Assembly: GCA_009914755.4 (NCBI GenBank)
Contig: CP086569.2
Coordinates: 14,880,001-14,944,000, forward strand
DNA length: 64,000 bases
Direction: 5' to 3'
Origin: the human T2T-CHM13v2.0 reference genome, Homo sapiens
The notes below the pieces were generated by a model. The model was not told the DNA's origin and did no database searches. It worked only from the letters and a program-made list of their open reading frames with translations. Numbering within the stretch: the stretch's first letter is position 1; the number at the start of each line of letters is the position of its first letter. Position numbers and translations under genes: made by a program. Shown here piece by piece: positions 40,081 to 61,295 of this stretch.

Positions 40081-41099
40081 ATGGGGAAAAAACAGAACAG
40101 AAAAAATGGAAACTCTAAAAAGCAGAGCGACTCTCCTCCTCCAAAGGAACGCAGTTCCTCACCAGCAACGGAACAAAGCTGGATGGAGAATGACTTTGAC
40201 GAGCTCAGAGAAGAAGGCTTCAGACGATCAAATTACTCTGAGCTACGGGAGGACATTCAAACCAAAGGCAAAGAAGTTGAAAACTTTGAAAAAGGTTTAG
40301 AAGAATGTATAACTAGAATAACCAATACAGAGAAGTGCTTAAAGGAGCTGATGGAGCTGAAAACCAAGGCTCGAGAACTACGTGAAGAATGCAGAAGCCT
40401 CAGGAGCCGATGCGATCAACTGGAAGAAAGGGTATCAGCGATGGAAGATGAAATGAATGAAATGAAGTGAGAAGGGAAGCTTAGAGAAAAAAGAATAAAA
40501 AGAAATGAGCAAAGCCTCCAAGCAATATGGGACTATGTGAAAAGACCAAATCTACGTCTGATTGGTGTACCTGAAAGGATGGGGAGAATGGAACCAAGTT
40601 GGAAAACACTCTGCAGGATATTATCCAGGAGAACTTCCCCAATCTAGCAAGGCAGGCCAATGTTCAGATTCAGGAAATACAGAGAACGCTACAAAGATAC
40701 TCCTCGAGAAGAGCAACTCCAAGACACATAATTGTCAGATTCACCAAAGTTGAAATGAAGGAAAAAATGTTAAGGGCAGCCAGAGAGAAAGGTCGGGTTA
40801 CCCTCAAAGGGGAGCCCATCAGACTAACAGTGGATCTCTCGGCAGAAACCCTACAAGCCAGAAGAGAGTGGGGGCCAATATTCAACATTCTTAAAGAAAA
40901 GAATTTTCAACCCAGAATTTCATATCCAGCCAAACTAAGCTTCATAAGCGAAGGAGAAATAAAATACTTTGCAGACAAGCAAATGCTGAGAGATTTTGTC
41001 ACCACCAGGCCTGCCCTAAGAGAGCTCCTGAAGGAAGCGCTAAACATGGAAAGGAACAACCGCTACCAGCCGCTGCAAAATCATGCCAAAATGTAAAGA
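40081..41099 (+). pseudogene. L1 ORF1p remnant (nonsense plus frameshift)
   Basis: ORF track fragments 40081..40470 and 40599..41096 together cover ORF1p (MGKKQNRKNGNSKKQS...NHAKM). Confidence 0.85.
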
Positions 41100-41159
41100 C
41101 CATCAAGACTAGGAAGAAACTGCATCAACTAACGAGCAAAAGAACCAGCTAACATCATA

Positions 41160-44989
<3,830 letters not shown>

Positions 44990-45704
44990 ATGAGATCACA
45001 TGGACACAGGAAGGGGAATATCACACTCTGGGGACTGTTGTGGGGTGGGGGGAGGGGGGAGGGATAGCATTGGGAGATATAGTGGGTGTGGTGCACCAGC
45101 ATGGCACATGCATACATATGTAACTAACCTGCACAATGTGCACATGTACCCTAAAACTTAAAGTATAATAGAAAAAAAAAAAAAAATAGGAGCACATTGA
45201 GACCTTAGCAAAGTTATCAAAAATCCACGAGTTTGAGCTGATTTATAGAGCACAGTATTACAGAATGGTGATTTCCTGTTTCCGGCTTTCCACAGTGCAC
45301 CAATTAACTAATAATGTGTATCTTATCCACAGGCAGCAGAGGTCCTCCCCTGAACTATTAGCTTCAGCAACTTGCTCTCCTGTTCTTGTTTAAACACATG
45401 ACATCACTTAATCATGAATTCCTTCCTGCAGAGGTTTAGAACAAAAACCAATGTGAAATATTTGTCAATTCCATCTGACCTTGTTAATTTTGAGCAACTC
45501 AGCAACTCTCATGCCAGCGTCCTGGATGATATTTGAACATGTTTCAGGTTCCAGTCATAGACTATGAAAGAACAAGGTCCAGTTCACACTTAGTTTTCCA
45601 AATACATAGTTCTTTGCATTTGCATATATTGCTTTACATTTTATAAAATATGATGTACTGTCTCATTGGATTCTTCCAGATAACCACAGTGCATTACATT
45701 TATA

Positions 45705-46028
45705 ATTTATTTATTGATTTATTTGGAGATGGAGTCTCACTCTGTCGTCCAGGCTGGAGTGCAGTGGCACGATCTCAGCTCACTGCAACCTCCACCTCTC
45801 ATGTTCAACCGATTCTCCATTCTCCTGCCTCAGCCTCCCAAGTAGCTGGGACTACAGGTGCACATCACCACGCCCAGTTAATTTTTGCATTTTTCTTTTT
45901 TCTTTTTTTTTTAGTAGAGATAGTGTTTCACCATGCTGGCCAGGATGGTCTTGAACTCTTGAGCTCATGATCTGCCCACCTTGGCCTCCCAGAGTGCTGG
46001 GATTACAGGCGTGAGCCACCTCTCCCAG
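45705..46028 (-). mobile_element. Alu (antisense) with an (ATTT)n tail, the last element before the inner arm boundary
   Basis: ggagatggagtctcactctgtcgtccaggctggagtgcagtggcacgatc...gtgagccacctctcccag. The mirror copy is at 49995..50318 (+). Confidence 0.85.
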
Positions 46029-47016
46029 TCCTACAGTTATAATTTTAAACATGGATAAAATAGGGTGCAGACATATTAAATCCAATAATTGGAAGTGGCC
46101 GTTTGGGGAACGTTGCCTAACGTGTAGTGCATACTTAATTACTAGTTTTTTGAATGGATACGTATTTGTGTTTGGAAGTAAGAAACATTGTATTGTTGTT
46201 GTTTTAATAATAGTTGTCTTTGTTTATGACATAGACAGGTGGGCAAGACATATTAACTAGGTTTCAAAACAGATTTAAATCCCAATTCTGTTGTTAACAA
46301 GATTTTATGGAATAACACTTATGGGGCCAGAAGCAGGATAAGATAAGGTAAGCCCTTCCTCCCTTAGTGAGTAAGATATCATTAGGACAGAGACATGAAT
46401 GCAGAGAGTACTGATGTTGTGGCTAGTGGGAAGGCAAGGCCCAATTCTAGATAAGAAGGAAGAAAGCAAAAGTGGTTCTGGAATCAAGGTCTGTCTTTCC
46501 ACCATATTCTTTTCTATTATTCAGCTGTTTCCTTCTCTAAACTATATTTGAATTTACTCAGCTGGAAAGCAGGAATTTCAGTTCCAGGTACTGTTTTATC
46601 CCAAGATTTTCTCTGATAGCTTGAGAGTCCTTTTCATGCATATGTTAACAAAGCATAATGTGGGCTCTATATAGTAAACTCAATTCCCTTTGGATACTCC
46701 TGCAATCCTACGCAGCCCAACACTCTATCCTGGGTGCCTTCTTAATTCCTCCATAATAAGGTATTAGAATCTCACTATGGCTCCATCAATATGAAGAGTT
46801 GGAAGTTTCCATGTGCTGTGAAAATTGTGTGTTCAACTACCCACGAGATCTACCCAAAGAAATGTCCTGCAATACCCCAAACTGAGGTATGAGACTAAAA
46901 TGATTAAATTCCTCCATGTGACATCCTTCTCGTCTTCTTTTCCCAGTGACTCAAATCACAATCTTTGCCATTTATCTTCCTATATTAGTCAGGGTTCTCC
47001 ACAGAACCAGTACGAA

Positions 47017-47075
47017 TAGAATGGATAGATGGATAGATAGACAGACAGACAGGCAGGCAGGCAGATAGATAGATT

Positions 47076-47106
<31 letters not shown>

Positions 47107-47330
47107 GTTAGATAAATAGATGGATAGCTAGAGATAGACAGATAGATAGATAGATGTTAGATAAATAGATGGATAGCTAGAGATAGACAGATGGACAGAT
47201 AGATAGACATAAATATATATAGATAGAAATATGATTGAGAGAGATATATATATAGAGAGAGAGACGGATGGGGGAGAGAATGAGAGAGAGACAGAATAAA
47301 AGAGAGAGATGAGAGATAGACAGAAGATGA
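47017..47330. repeat. Compound (GATA)n/(GACA)n/(CAGG)n microsatellite with a 46-bp internal duplication, followed by (GA)n-rich low complexity
   Basis: gatggatagatagacagacagacaggcaggcaggcagatagatagattgatagatagatagatagatagatagatag... The unit gatgttagataaatagatggatagctagagatagacagat appears twice (47105-47150 and 47152-47197). The minus-strand ORFs 47128..47458 are artefacts. Confidence 0.9.
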
Positions 47331-48783
47331 CATTGATTATAAAAATTGGTTCCTGTGATTGCAGAAGTTGAGAAGTGCCACAATAAGCCATCGCAAGCTG
47401 GAGGACCAGGGAAGCCTGAGGTGTAATTCAGTCTTGAGTCCAAAGGCTTGAGAAACAAAACCGAGGGAATCCATGGTGTAATTCTCAGTCTGAGGCTAAA
47501 GGAATGAGAACTGAGTAGGACGGGTGGTGCAGTAGGGTGTGGAACACTGGTGTAAGTCCAAAGCCCTCAGGAGCAGGAGCTCCAATGTCCAAGGACAGGA
47601 GTGGGATATCCCAGCTCAAGAAAAAGAGAGAATTTTTCCCTTCCTCTCCCTTTTTTTACAGGCAATCAGTGGATTGGAGGATGCCCACTTGCATGGGGAG
47701 GTCAGATGTTTACTCAGCCCACCAATTCCAATGTTAGTCTCTTACAGAGAAACCCTCACAAACACACCCAGAACTAATATTTTCCCATTTATCCAGACAT
47801 TCGTTAACCAAATCAAGTTGACACCACCACACTCCCCTTTCCTTAAACCTCACCTCCAGTTAACAAATGGGTTCCACTGATTTTCCTTAACATGTGCTCC
47901 ATCATCTGTTTAATCTTCCTCCATCATCTGTTTAATCCAATCCTACTGTTACCATGTTTGTTCTGCTTCTCAAAATCTCCTTGTCTATCATCCCCTAAAT
48001 ATTTTCTCTCAATCACACTACATTGACAGTAGAGGTTTTCCAAAATTTAGCACTGTCCGTGGGTCTCCTGAAGTCAAATTCTTCAGTGGCTCCCAAGTGT
48101 CTACATGACAAAGAGCAAAACTGGTCTTCACAGCCTTCTATTGTTTTTCCTCACCAGCTTCCACAGCCTCCTCCCTTTATGATGCACCATTTTCTACTAG
48201 TGCATGTGACACACTGACAATTTCTATTTGCAAAAATTCACAATTATTTCATGCATCCATGTATCATGCAACTTGTACAAAAATTAGTTTTTTCCATGCT
48301 GCCTACAATACCCTTATCTACCTGCGAAGACAGTTCAAATATCATTTCTGCTGTGAAGGTTTTCCTAAACATCATCTCAAGCACCATGTAGAAGTGACCT
48401 CTTCACTGCAACTCCTTGAGGTCAAGGGACATGTCTAGCTTGTCTCTAAGGTCCGAGGGCCTCATGTAGTGTCAGATCTACAGTAGGCACTCGAGAGATG
48501 TCTAATGGATAATATAAATAAAGTTTTGAGTAATTGTGAAACAAATGATAAGGTTCTTATTTGCTCTTCCACAATTAACTGCTTCAGTAAGACCTAAGTG
48601 AATATGTTGCACTTTAAATACAAAGCCCATGAGCAGAACTCCCAAAAGTAACATAAATAGGAGTTCCCAATAAAGCTGTATTATCTATATTATCTGACAC
48701 ATTTCATTTACTAGGACAGAGCATTGTAATCCTGGGTCCTTTAGATGAACAATAACTATTTTTAATTTCAGTAAGAATAATTA

Positions 48784-49062
48784 GGCCAGGCGTGGTGGCT
48801 CATGCCTGTAATCCCAGGATTTTGGGAAGATAAGGTAGGTGGATCACGAGGTCAAGAGATCGAGACCATCCTGGCCAACATGGTGAAACCCCGTTTCTAC
48901 TACAAATACAAAAATTAGCCAGATGTGGTGGCACGTGATGGTAGTCCCAGCTACTTGGGAGGCTGAGGCAGAAGAATTGCTTGAGCCCAGGAAGCATAGG
49001 TTGCAGTGAGCTGAGATCGCCTGCTGCTCTCCAGCCTGGTGATAGAGAGAGACTCTTCCATC

Positions 49063-49101
<39 letters not shown>

Positions 49102-49103
49102 AT
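48784..49103 (+). mobile_element. Alu (sense) with an (AAAT)n tail, in the spacer
   Basis: ggccaggcgtggtggctcatgcctgtaatcccagg...gcctgctgctctccagcctggtgatagagagagactc plus (aaat)n to 49103. Confidence 0.9.
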
Positions 49104-49189
49104 GCTCCACAGCTAGGTGATATTGTTAATTGTTAGGTAACAGTTATTACAGACAAGAAAGCCTAATTTACAAATCCAGGACAAAATTG

Positions 49190-49530
49190 CATCGTGTGGC
49201 TCTTGCCTGTAATCCCAGCACTATGGGAGGCTGAGGAGGGTGGATCACTTTGAGCTCAGGAATTCGAAACCAGCCTGGGTTACAAATATGTTTATTATAT
49301 ATATACACACACACATACACACACACACACACACACATGGAAATTAGCCAGCTGTGGTGGTGTGCAACTGTAGTCCCAGCAACCCGGGAGGCTGAGCCAG
49401 GAGGATGGTATGAGCCTGCCCAAGAGGTGGAGATTGCAGTGAGCCATAATTGTGTCACTGCCCTCCAGCCTGAGCAACAGAGCAGGACCTAGTCTCAAAA
49501 CACAAAAACATAAGAGACAAAAAACAACAA
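49190..49530 (+). mobile_element. Alu (sense) whose A-rich middle linker has expanded into (TA)n(CA)n, in the spacer
   Basis: A left monomer (...ggctcttgcctgtaatcccagcactatgggaggctgagg...) is followed by atatatatacacacacacatacacacacacacacacacacatg and then a right monomer (gccagctgtggtggtgtgcaactgtagtcccagc...). Confidence 0.8.
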
Positions 49531-51033
49531 TGTCTTTCTACATCATTGAAACTGTTTGAATGAAAGCCTCGGTCGACTACTTAGTGAAATGTAAAACCGT
49601 GGACATTTGGAAAAGAAAATGATCCTACACAATATTTATTAAAACTTCCTCCCTGAGATTGTTTTTCCAAAAATAAGTAATGTGTGTGGCAAAAAAGTTA
49701 AGAGAATTTCAGGGTTACAATCTTGTTAACAACAGAATTGGGATTTAAATCTGTTTTGAAACCTAGTTAATATGTCTTGCCCACCTGTCTATGTCATAAA
49801 CAAAGACAACTATTATTAAAACAACAACAATACAATGTTTCTTACTTCCAAACACAAATACGTATCCATTCAAAAAACTAGTAATTAAGTATGCACTACA
49901 CGTTAGGCAACGTTCCCCAAACGGCCACTTCCAATTATTGGATTTAATATGTCTGCACCCTATTTTATCCATGTTTAAAATTATAACTGTAGGACTGGGA
50001 GAGGTGGCTCACGCCTGTAATCCCAGCACTCTGGGAGGCCAAGGTGGGCAGATCATGAGCTCAAGAGTTCAAGACCATCCTGGCCAGCATGGTGAAACAC
50101 TATCTCTACTAAAAAAAAAAGAAAAAAGAAAAATGCAAAAATTAACTGGGCGTGGTGATGTGCACCTGTAGTCCCAGCTACTTGGGAGGCTGAGGCAGGA
50201 GAATGGAGAATCGGTTGAACATGAGAGGTGGAGGTTGCAGTGAGCTGAGATCGTGCCACTGCACTCCAGCCTGGACGACAGAGTGAGACTCCATCTCCAA
50301 ATAAATCAATAAATAAATTATAAATGTAATGCACTGTGGTTATCTGGAAGAATCCAATGAGACAGTACATCATATTTTATAAAATGTAAAGCAATATATG
50401 CAAATGCAAAGAACTATGTATTTGGAAAACTAAGTGTGAACTGGACCTTGTTCTTTCATAGTCTATGACTGGAACCTGAAACATGTTCAAATATCATCCA
50501 GGACGCTGGCATGAGAGTTGCTGAGTTGCTCAAAATTAACAAGGTCAGATGGAATTGACAAATATTTCACATTGGTTTTTGTTCTAAACCTCTGCAGGAA
50601 GGAATTCATGATTAAGTGATGTCATGTGTTTAAACAAGAACAGGAGAGCAAGTTGCTGAAGCTAATAGTTCAGGGGAGGACCTCTGCTGCCTGTGGATAA
50701 GATACACATTATTAGTTAATTGGTGCACTGTGGAAAGCCGGAAACAGGAAATCACCATTCTGTAATACTGTGCTCTATAAATCAGCTCAAACTCGTGGAT
50801 TTTTGATAACTTTGCTAAGGTCTCAATGTGCTCCTATTTTTTTTTTTTTTTCTATTATACTTTAAGTTTTAGGGTACATGTGCACATTGTGCAGGTTAGT
50901 TACATATGTATGCATGTGCCATGCTGGTGCACCACACCCACTATATCTCCCAATGCTATCCCTCCCCCCTCCCCCCACCCCACAACAGTCCCCAGAGTGT
51001 GATATTCCCCTTCCTGTGTCCATGTGATCTCAT

Positions 51034-54863
<3,830 letters not shown>

Positions 54864-54923
54864 TATGATGTTAGCTGGTTCTTTTGCTCGTTAGTTGATG
54901 CAGTTTCTTCCTAGTCTTGATGG

Positions 54924-55942
54924 TCTTTACATTTTGGCATGATTTTGCAGCGGCTGGTAGCGGTTGTTCCTTTCCATGTTTAGCGCTTCCTTCAGGAGCT
55001 CTCTTAGGGCAGGCCTGGTGGTGACAAAATCTCTCAGCATTTGCTTGTCTGCAAAGTATTTTATTTCTCCTTCGCTTATGAAGCTTAGTTTGGCTGGATA
55101 TGAAATTCTGGGTTGAAAATTCTTTTCTTTAAAAATGTTGAATATTGGCCCCCACTCTCTTCTGGCTTGTAGGGTTTCTGCCGAGAGATCCACTGTTAGT
55201 CTGATGGGCTCCCCTTTGAGGGTAACCCGACCTTTCTCTCTGGCTGCCCTTAACATTTTTTCCTTCATTTCAACTTTGGTGAATCTGACAATTATGTGTC
55301 TTGGAGTTGCTCTTCTCGAGGAGTATCTTTGTAGCGTTCTCTGTATTTCCTGAATCTGAACATTGGCCTGCCTTGCTAGATTGGGGAAGTTCTCCTGGAT
55401 AATATCCTGCAGAGTGTTTTCCAACTTGGTTCCATTCTCCCCATCCTTTCAGGTACACCAATCAGACGTAGATTTGGTCTTTTCACATAGTCCCATATTG
55501 CTTGGAGGCTTTGCTCATTTCTTTTTATTCTTTTTTCTCTAAGCTTCCCTTCTCACTTCATTTCATTCATTTCATCTTCCATCGCTGATACCCTTTCTTC
55601 CAGTTGATCGCATCGGCTCCTGAGGCTTCTGCATTCTTCACGTAGTTCTCGAGCCTTGGTTTTCAGCTCCATCAGCTCCTTTAAGCACTTCTCTGTATTG
55701 GTTATTCTAGTTATACATTCTTCTAAACCTTTTTCAAAGTTTTCAACTTCTTTGCCTTTGGTTTGAATGTCCTCCCGTAGCTCAGAGTAATTTGATCGTC
55801 TGAAGCCTTCTTCTCTGAGCTCGTCAAAGTCATTCTCCATCCAGCTTTGTTCCGTTGCTGGTGAGGAACTGCGTTCCTTTGGAGGAGGAGAGTCGCTCTG
55901 CTTTTTAGAGTTTCCATTTTTTCTGTTCTGTTTTTTCCCCAT
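54924..55942 (-). pseudogene. L1 ORF1p remnant (mirror copy), differing from arm 1 by one base (L to F, NILKEKNF versus NIFKEKNF)
   Basis: ORFs 55553..55942 and 54927..55424. Arm 1 has C at 40881, and arm 2 has the equivalent of T (plus-strand a at 55134). Confidence 0.85.
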
Positions 55943-58622
55943 CTTTGTGGTTTTATCTACTTTTGGTCTTTGATGATGGTGATATACAGATGGGTTTTTG
56001 GTGTGGATGTCCTTTCTGTTTGTTAGTTTTCCTTCTAACAGACAGGACCCTCAGCTGCAGGTCTGTTGGAATACCCTGCCGTGTGAGGTGTCAGTGTTCC
56101 CCTGCTGGGGGTTGCCTCCCAGTTAGGCTGCTCAGGGGTCAGGGGTCAGGGACCCACTTGAGGAGGCAGTCTGCCCGTTCTCAGATCTCCAGCTGTGCGC
56201 TGGGAGAACCACTGCTCTCTTCAAAGCTGTCAGACAGGGACATTTAAGTCTGCAGAGGTTACTGCTGTCTTTTTGTTTGTCTGTGCCCTGCCCCCAGAGG
56301 TGGAGCCTACAGAGGCAGGCAGGCCTCCTTGAGCTGTGGTGGGGTCCGCCCAGTTCGAGCTTCCCGGCTGCTTTGTTTACCTAAGCAAGCCTGGGCAATG
56401 GCGGGCGCCCCTCCCCCAGCCTCGCTGCCGCCTTGCAGTTTGATCTCAGACTGCTGTGCTAGCAATCAGTGAGACTCAGTGGGCGTAGGACCCTCCGAGC
56501 CAGGTGCGGGTTATAATCTCGTGGTGCGCCGTTTTTTAAGCCCGTTGGAAAAGCGCAGTATTCGGGTGGGAGTGACCCAATTTTCCATGTGCCCTCTGTC
56601 ACCCCTTTCTTTGACTCAGAGAGGGAACTCCCTGACCCCTTGGCTTCCCAAGTGAGGCAATGCCTCGCCCTGCTTCGGCTCGCGCATGGTGTGCACACTC
56701 ACTGACCTGTGCCCACTGTCTGGCACTCCCTAGAGAGATGAACCCGGTACCTCAGATGGAAATGCAGAAATCACCCTCTTCTGCTCCGCTCACGCTGGGA
56801 GCTGTAGACCGGAGCTGTTCCTATTCGGCCATCTTGGCTCCTCCCTTTTTTTTCTTAAAGGAAGAAATTAAATAATCTGTATTTGAGATAATATAATCGC
56901 CAATGCAAAACAAACCTAAAGACAAAATAAATCTTTCTATAACTAAGTAAATCTAGCATGATTGCAGAATACAAATTGCATATATAGTAGCCAGTCTTAT
57001 CTTTAAATAACAGAAAATAAAAATTAGAATTATAATTGAAATACTGATATGGTTTGGCTGTGCCCCCACCCAATTCTCATCTTGAGTTTATAGCTCCCAT
57101 AATTCCCATGTGTTGTGGGAGGGAGCCGGTGGCAGATAATTGAATCATGGGGGCAGTTTCTCCATACTGTTCTCATAGTAATAAGTCTCACAAGTTCTGG
57201 TGGTTTTAAAGTGGTTTCCCCTTTTGCTTGGCTCTCATTCTCTCTTGCCTCATGCCATGTATTAGTGTGTCAGGTTGCCTAGGCTACAGTCTTCTGTCAT
57301 TCGATCTAGTTGTTGCTGTGAAAGGACTTTGCAGATATAAAGTATGAACAGCTGCTAAAACATTTGCATATTATATCTGTCTATCTATAGATTGATTTGT
57401 TATCAGGAATTCACTTAAGTAATTGTAGACCTTAGTAAGGAGGGGAAGATCACCAACAGGCTTAAACTTCACAGGCACAAGCTGAAACTATTGTCCACAA
57501 GTAGAATTTCTCCTTCCTCCTCTTTCTCCTCTTCTTCCTCTTTCTCTCTGCTCTCTCATCCTTCTCTATCTTTTTTCTTTCTTTCTCCTCAGACTAGCTT
57601 TTAAGGCCTTTCAGTGTAAAGTCAGGCCCACCCAGGTTGCATAAGATAATCTCTTTTACTTAAAATAGGCTTCTATTTCTAATCAGCTTCCTTTTTTCTT
57701 GAATTCAGGTGTCTGTGTTTATTTGCAAAAGTTCCCGAGATCCTATAATTAGCAACCTCCATATGAATATTTTTGAAACCAGCCCAGCCCACATATTGGG
57801 TAAAACTGTACCTGAAAGCATAAATGTTTTCAAAATTGAGTAGAAGATGATCAGGTATTACTATCCTTTTGGAATAAGAAAAGAAGTCATAAAGTGCATT
57901 TCTGGCAAGATAAAGGTGTGTGCACAATCCATTGCTATGACTTGTAAAATATTCTCTACAGCATAAAATATTCCACTATAGAACATTCTTGCCTAGTTTG
58001 GATGTAGCTGTTTTTTCCTTAGAGTACAGTTGCTCTTCATGTTTTATTTTGAAGTTCATCTGTCCCCCAAAGTGAAGAATATTGAATGCTAAAATATCAA
58101 CTTCTAGTTTTACTTTAAAAAGTGAAAGAAAATAATCCTCTGAGGCACATCGACTGCATAATATTTGCACATTCCAAAATAATTAAATAAAATAAATCTA
58201 GCTAGTGTCAATACAAGAGCTGTTTCTGCAACCAATAAGTTAATAATAATTAGGCTCAGACCTCTATCTTAGTGGTCTGTGACCCAACACAAGTTTTTAA
58301 CTTTGCCAAAATCGTGAAGGTCAGAGAAGAGCAAATAAACAGTGAAACGGAGAAAGTTGAATTACAATTGAACAATTTGAATATTGAAAGCATCATAAGT
58401 AGTCAATTAAGAAGGTCAGTTTTTCAAAAGCTTTAGGAAACATGAAAAGTACCATAAAATGTGAAATGCCTCCAGATACTGCTAAATGCCCCCTGGGAGG
58501 GCAAAATCACCTCTGGTTTAGAACCACTAATAAGTAATCCAGTGGCTGTGAAAATATCACTCATGTGAAACAAAATATTGATAAGTCAGTTTATCATTAG
58601 CATTTATACTTATCCATGTGTA

Positions 58623-58848
58623 TATTTGTTTTCTTTTTTCTTTTTTACTTCCTTGTGTGTTCAAAGACAGATGTTGCTCTGTCACCCATGCTGGAGTAGA
58701 GCCGTGCAATGAAGACCCACTGCAGCCTTGAACTCCTGGGTTCAAGCAATCCTCCCACTTCAGCCTGTGTTGCCCAGGCTGATCTTGAACTCCTACCCTC
58801 AAGTGATCCTCCCACCTCAAAGCACTGGGATTACAGGCATGATCCACT
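58623..58848 (-). mobile_element. FLAM/old Alu-like fragment (mirror of 37175..37400)
   Basis: Reverse complement of the arm-1 element. Confidence 0.7.
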
Positions 58849-61247
58849 TCACCTAGGCTGCTTTCATCGTTTGTTGAGCCATAGTTCCAAAAGATAGTTA
58901 TCAATAACACTTTGGTGAATAAAAACTTAATAATGACAGAACAGGCAGAAACTCCATCCCTCGTTCTTATTGACTCTTGGATCATTAGGCTGCAGTAATA
59001 GCCTCGTAGAGGTATCAAGAAGGAGAGAAAACAGGCCCTGCTCTTTGTTCTTTCTACATTCTATTGAAAGCTACTACATTACCTTTAAGCCACTTGGATT
59101 TTAACCTCCTGGCCCTACTCCCACAGAGCTGCTTCCTGACCTCCACGGAAATGGTGCCTTTGGTTAGATCCTTACATAATTGTGCTACCTTGGGCAAGTC
59201 CCTTTGTCTCTCTAAAAATAAATTTCTTTCCCTATTGGTTCCATATTTCATACTTTATAACCCTTGGTTTATGTGGCTCAGTAAATGTAATCTTCACTTA
59301 GAAGTGCCTCATTTGCTGTGAGGAGGATAATAGCAGTGATGCAAAGGTCATATTTTGCAAACTTTACTGATGTGCTTCCGTTTTTGCATTTCTGTGAGCA
59401 TATCCTTCTCGCTAGGCATCCTGAGGCATTCTGAGGTATCCAGAGGCCTAAGGCAGAGAGAGTGGCTTCTGAACTATTGCTACAAAATGCAGAATATCGA
59501 GCTACTGAGTAAAGTGCAAAGGGAAATAAAGAGGCCGTGTTGAGCTATTGACAAGCACAGGGGTTTTTTTTTCTTTCTTTCTTTAGAGACAACAGCTGTA
59601 AAGACCATAATTTGTTGAGAGAGACAAAAGGATTCTTTAAGTCAAAATTTTCCAGATTGTAACCTTTAAGATTTAACCTATTATGAGGCCACACACACAG
59701 TTTCTCTCTCTTTCTCTACATGCACACACATAGACATACACACGGGCACACACATACACAAGATATAACAGATTTCAATGTTATGCCAAGAGTAAAGAGA
59801 ACTCAGGATACAAGGTAATGTTTTGTAATCCTGGCTGCATGTTGGAAATGATTTGCAAAACACTATTTCATGTAGGACATACCCCGAACAGTGACTGAGA
59901 ATCTGCATGACCCAAACATCAGCATTTTTTAAAAGCTTCCCTGGTACAGTCAAGTTTAAGAATCACTGATGTTGGACAAAAAAACAAGCTGTTTCTTCCA
60001 AACCAGGGACATGCAGGAAGAAGATGTGGATGAGAGTAAAACTGACAGTAGGAGCATATAACTTGATCTCCTTCCTTGGGGTACCGCTGAGATGAGTTTA
60101 CATGGGTTGAGAGTCACACTGGTGGGTGGAGTGCTGCTTGCTCTTTTGGAAAGTGGGAGAAGACATTTGCACAGATGTCCCACAGCAACGAGGGTGGCCA
60201 CCTGTGGAGGCAGTATGTATGTCTGTGTTAGCAGAAGATTCTACTCCCTGTATCACTGGGGAGAAGTACAGTTGGCAGGCAGTACAGACTGGTGGACTTC
60301 CCACGGGGTTGCTGCAGGCGGAGTTGCCTGCTAACAACCAGAGGCAGAGCAGAATGCAGGGGCTAGCAATGGAAGAGGAGTCGCCACCAGACATCTAGTA
60401 GCAGCAAGAGCTCAAGTGGGGCTAAGTCCATAGGGAAAGACCATTAGACCTCCAACATGCTAGAAGAGACAAAACTAAGAAATATTCCAAGGCAAAAACT
60501 GCATATCAAATGGAGGAGTTTTGTGGCTGGATGGAGACAAACCCCACACAGAGGGAACAAGCCATGCACATACAGGGACCAGAGAGAGCCCAGGGCCCCC
60601 ATCCCATTGTACAAAGTGACACCTTCATAAACTTATCCACCATCTTGGGGAAGAGGAAGGTGAGTAGGGCTCTCACCAGCTGAGCATCTACCCAAAGGGT
60701 CTAAGGTACCCATAAGTGATTGCTTAAAACAGGGGTGATAAGAAATTCCACTTTACTAGAGCAGATGTATAAACTGAAAGGAACTTGCTTAGCAAGAGAC
60801 TGAAATATTTTAAATCGGAAATTAGGTTTTCTACCTATTGTGTGCTGTTTATAGAGAAGATTTGACTTTCCACAGAAAACTAAAAGGTCATATTTTTAAA
60901 ATCAGTATGAGTAGAATGTAAGTTAAGTGAATGCATTCTATGCGTAGAATGCAAGTTAAGTTTAGCAGGGAGGATGATGAGCTATTATTGGTACATAAGT
61001 GTGAATTCCTCTGCTACAAAGAGAAGTAGGAGGATAGATAAATAAATTAGTTACTCTCCTCTTTTGCAAATTTGGAAATAATGTGAATAAATGTTCAACT
61101 CTGTTACTGTAACTGTTTTCAAGAAACTCACCAGCACTTTTATTCAAAAGCTTGTCATTATCAAAATGAAAGTGTAATCATAGATACAGCAGCTGCGTGG
61201 GAACATATTTGCTTCAGATAATGCTCCAACCATTAAAAAAAAAAGAA

Positions 61248-61295
<48 letters not shown>

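Larger units (their letters stand above)
46306..49709. other. Unique palindrome spacer (3,404 bp)
   Basis: No reverse-complement partner in the window. It is flanked by abrupt loss of arm identity at 46305/49710. Confidence 0.9.
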
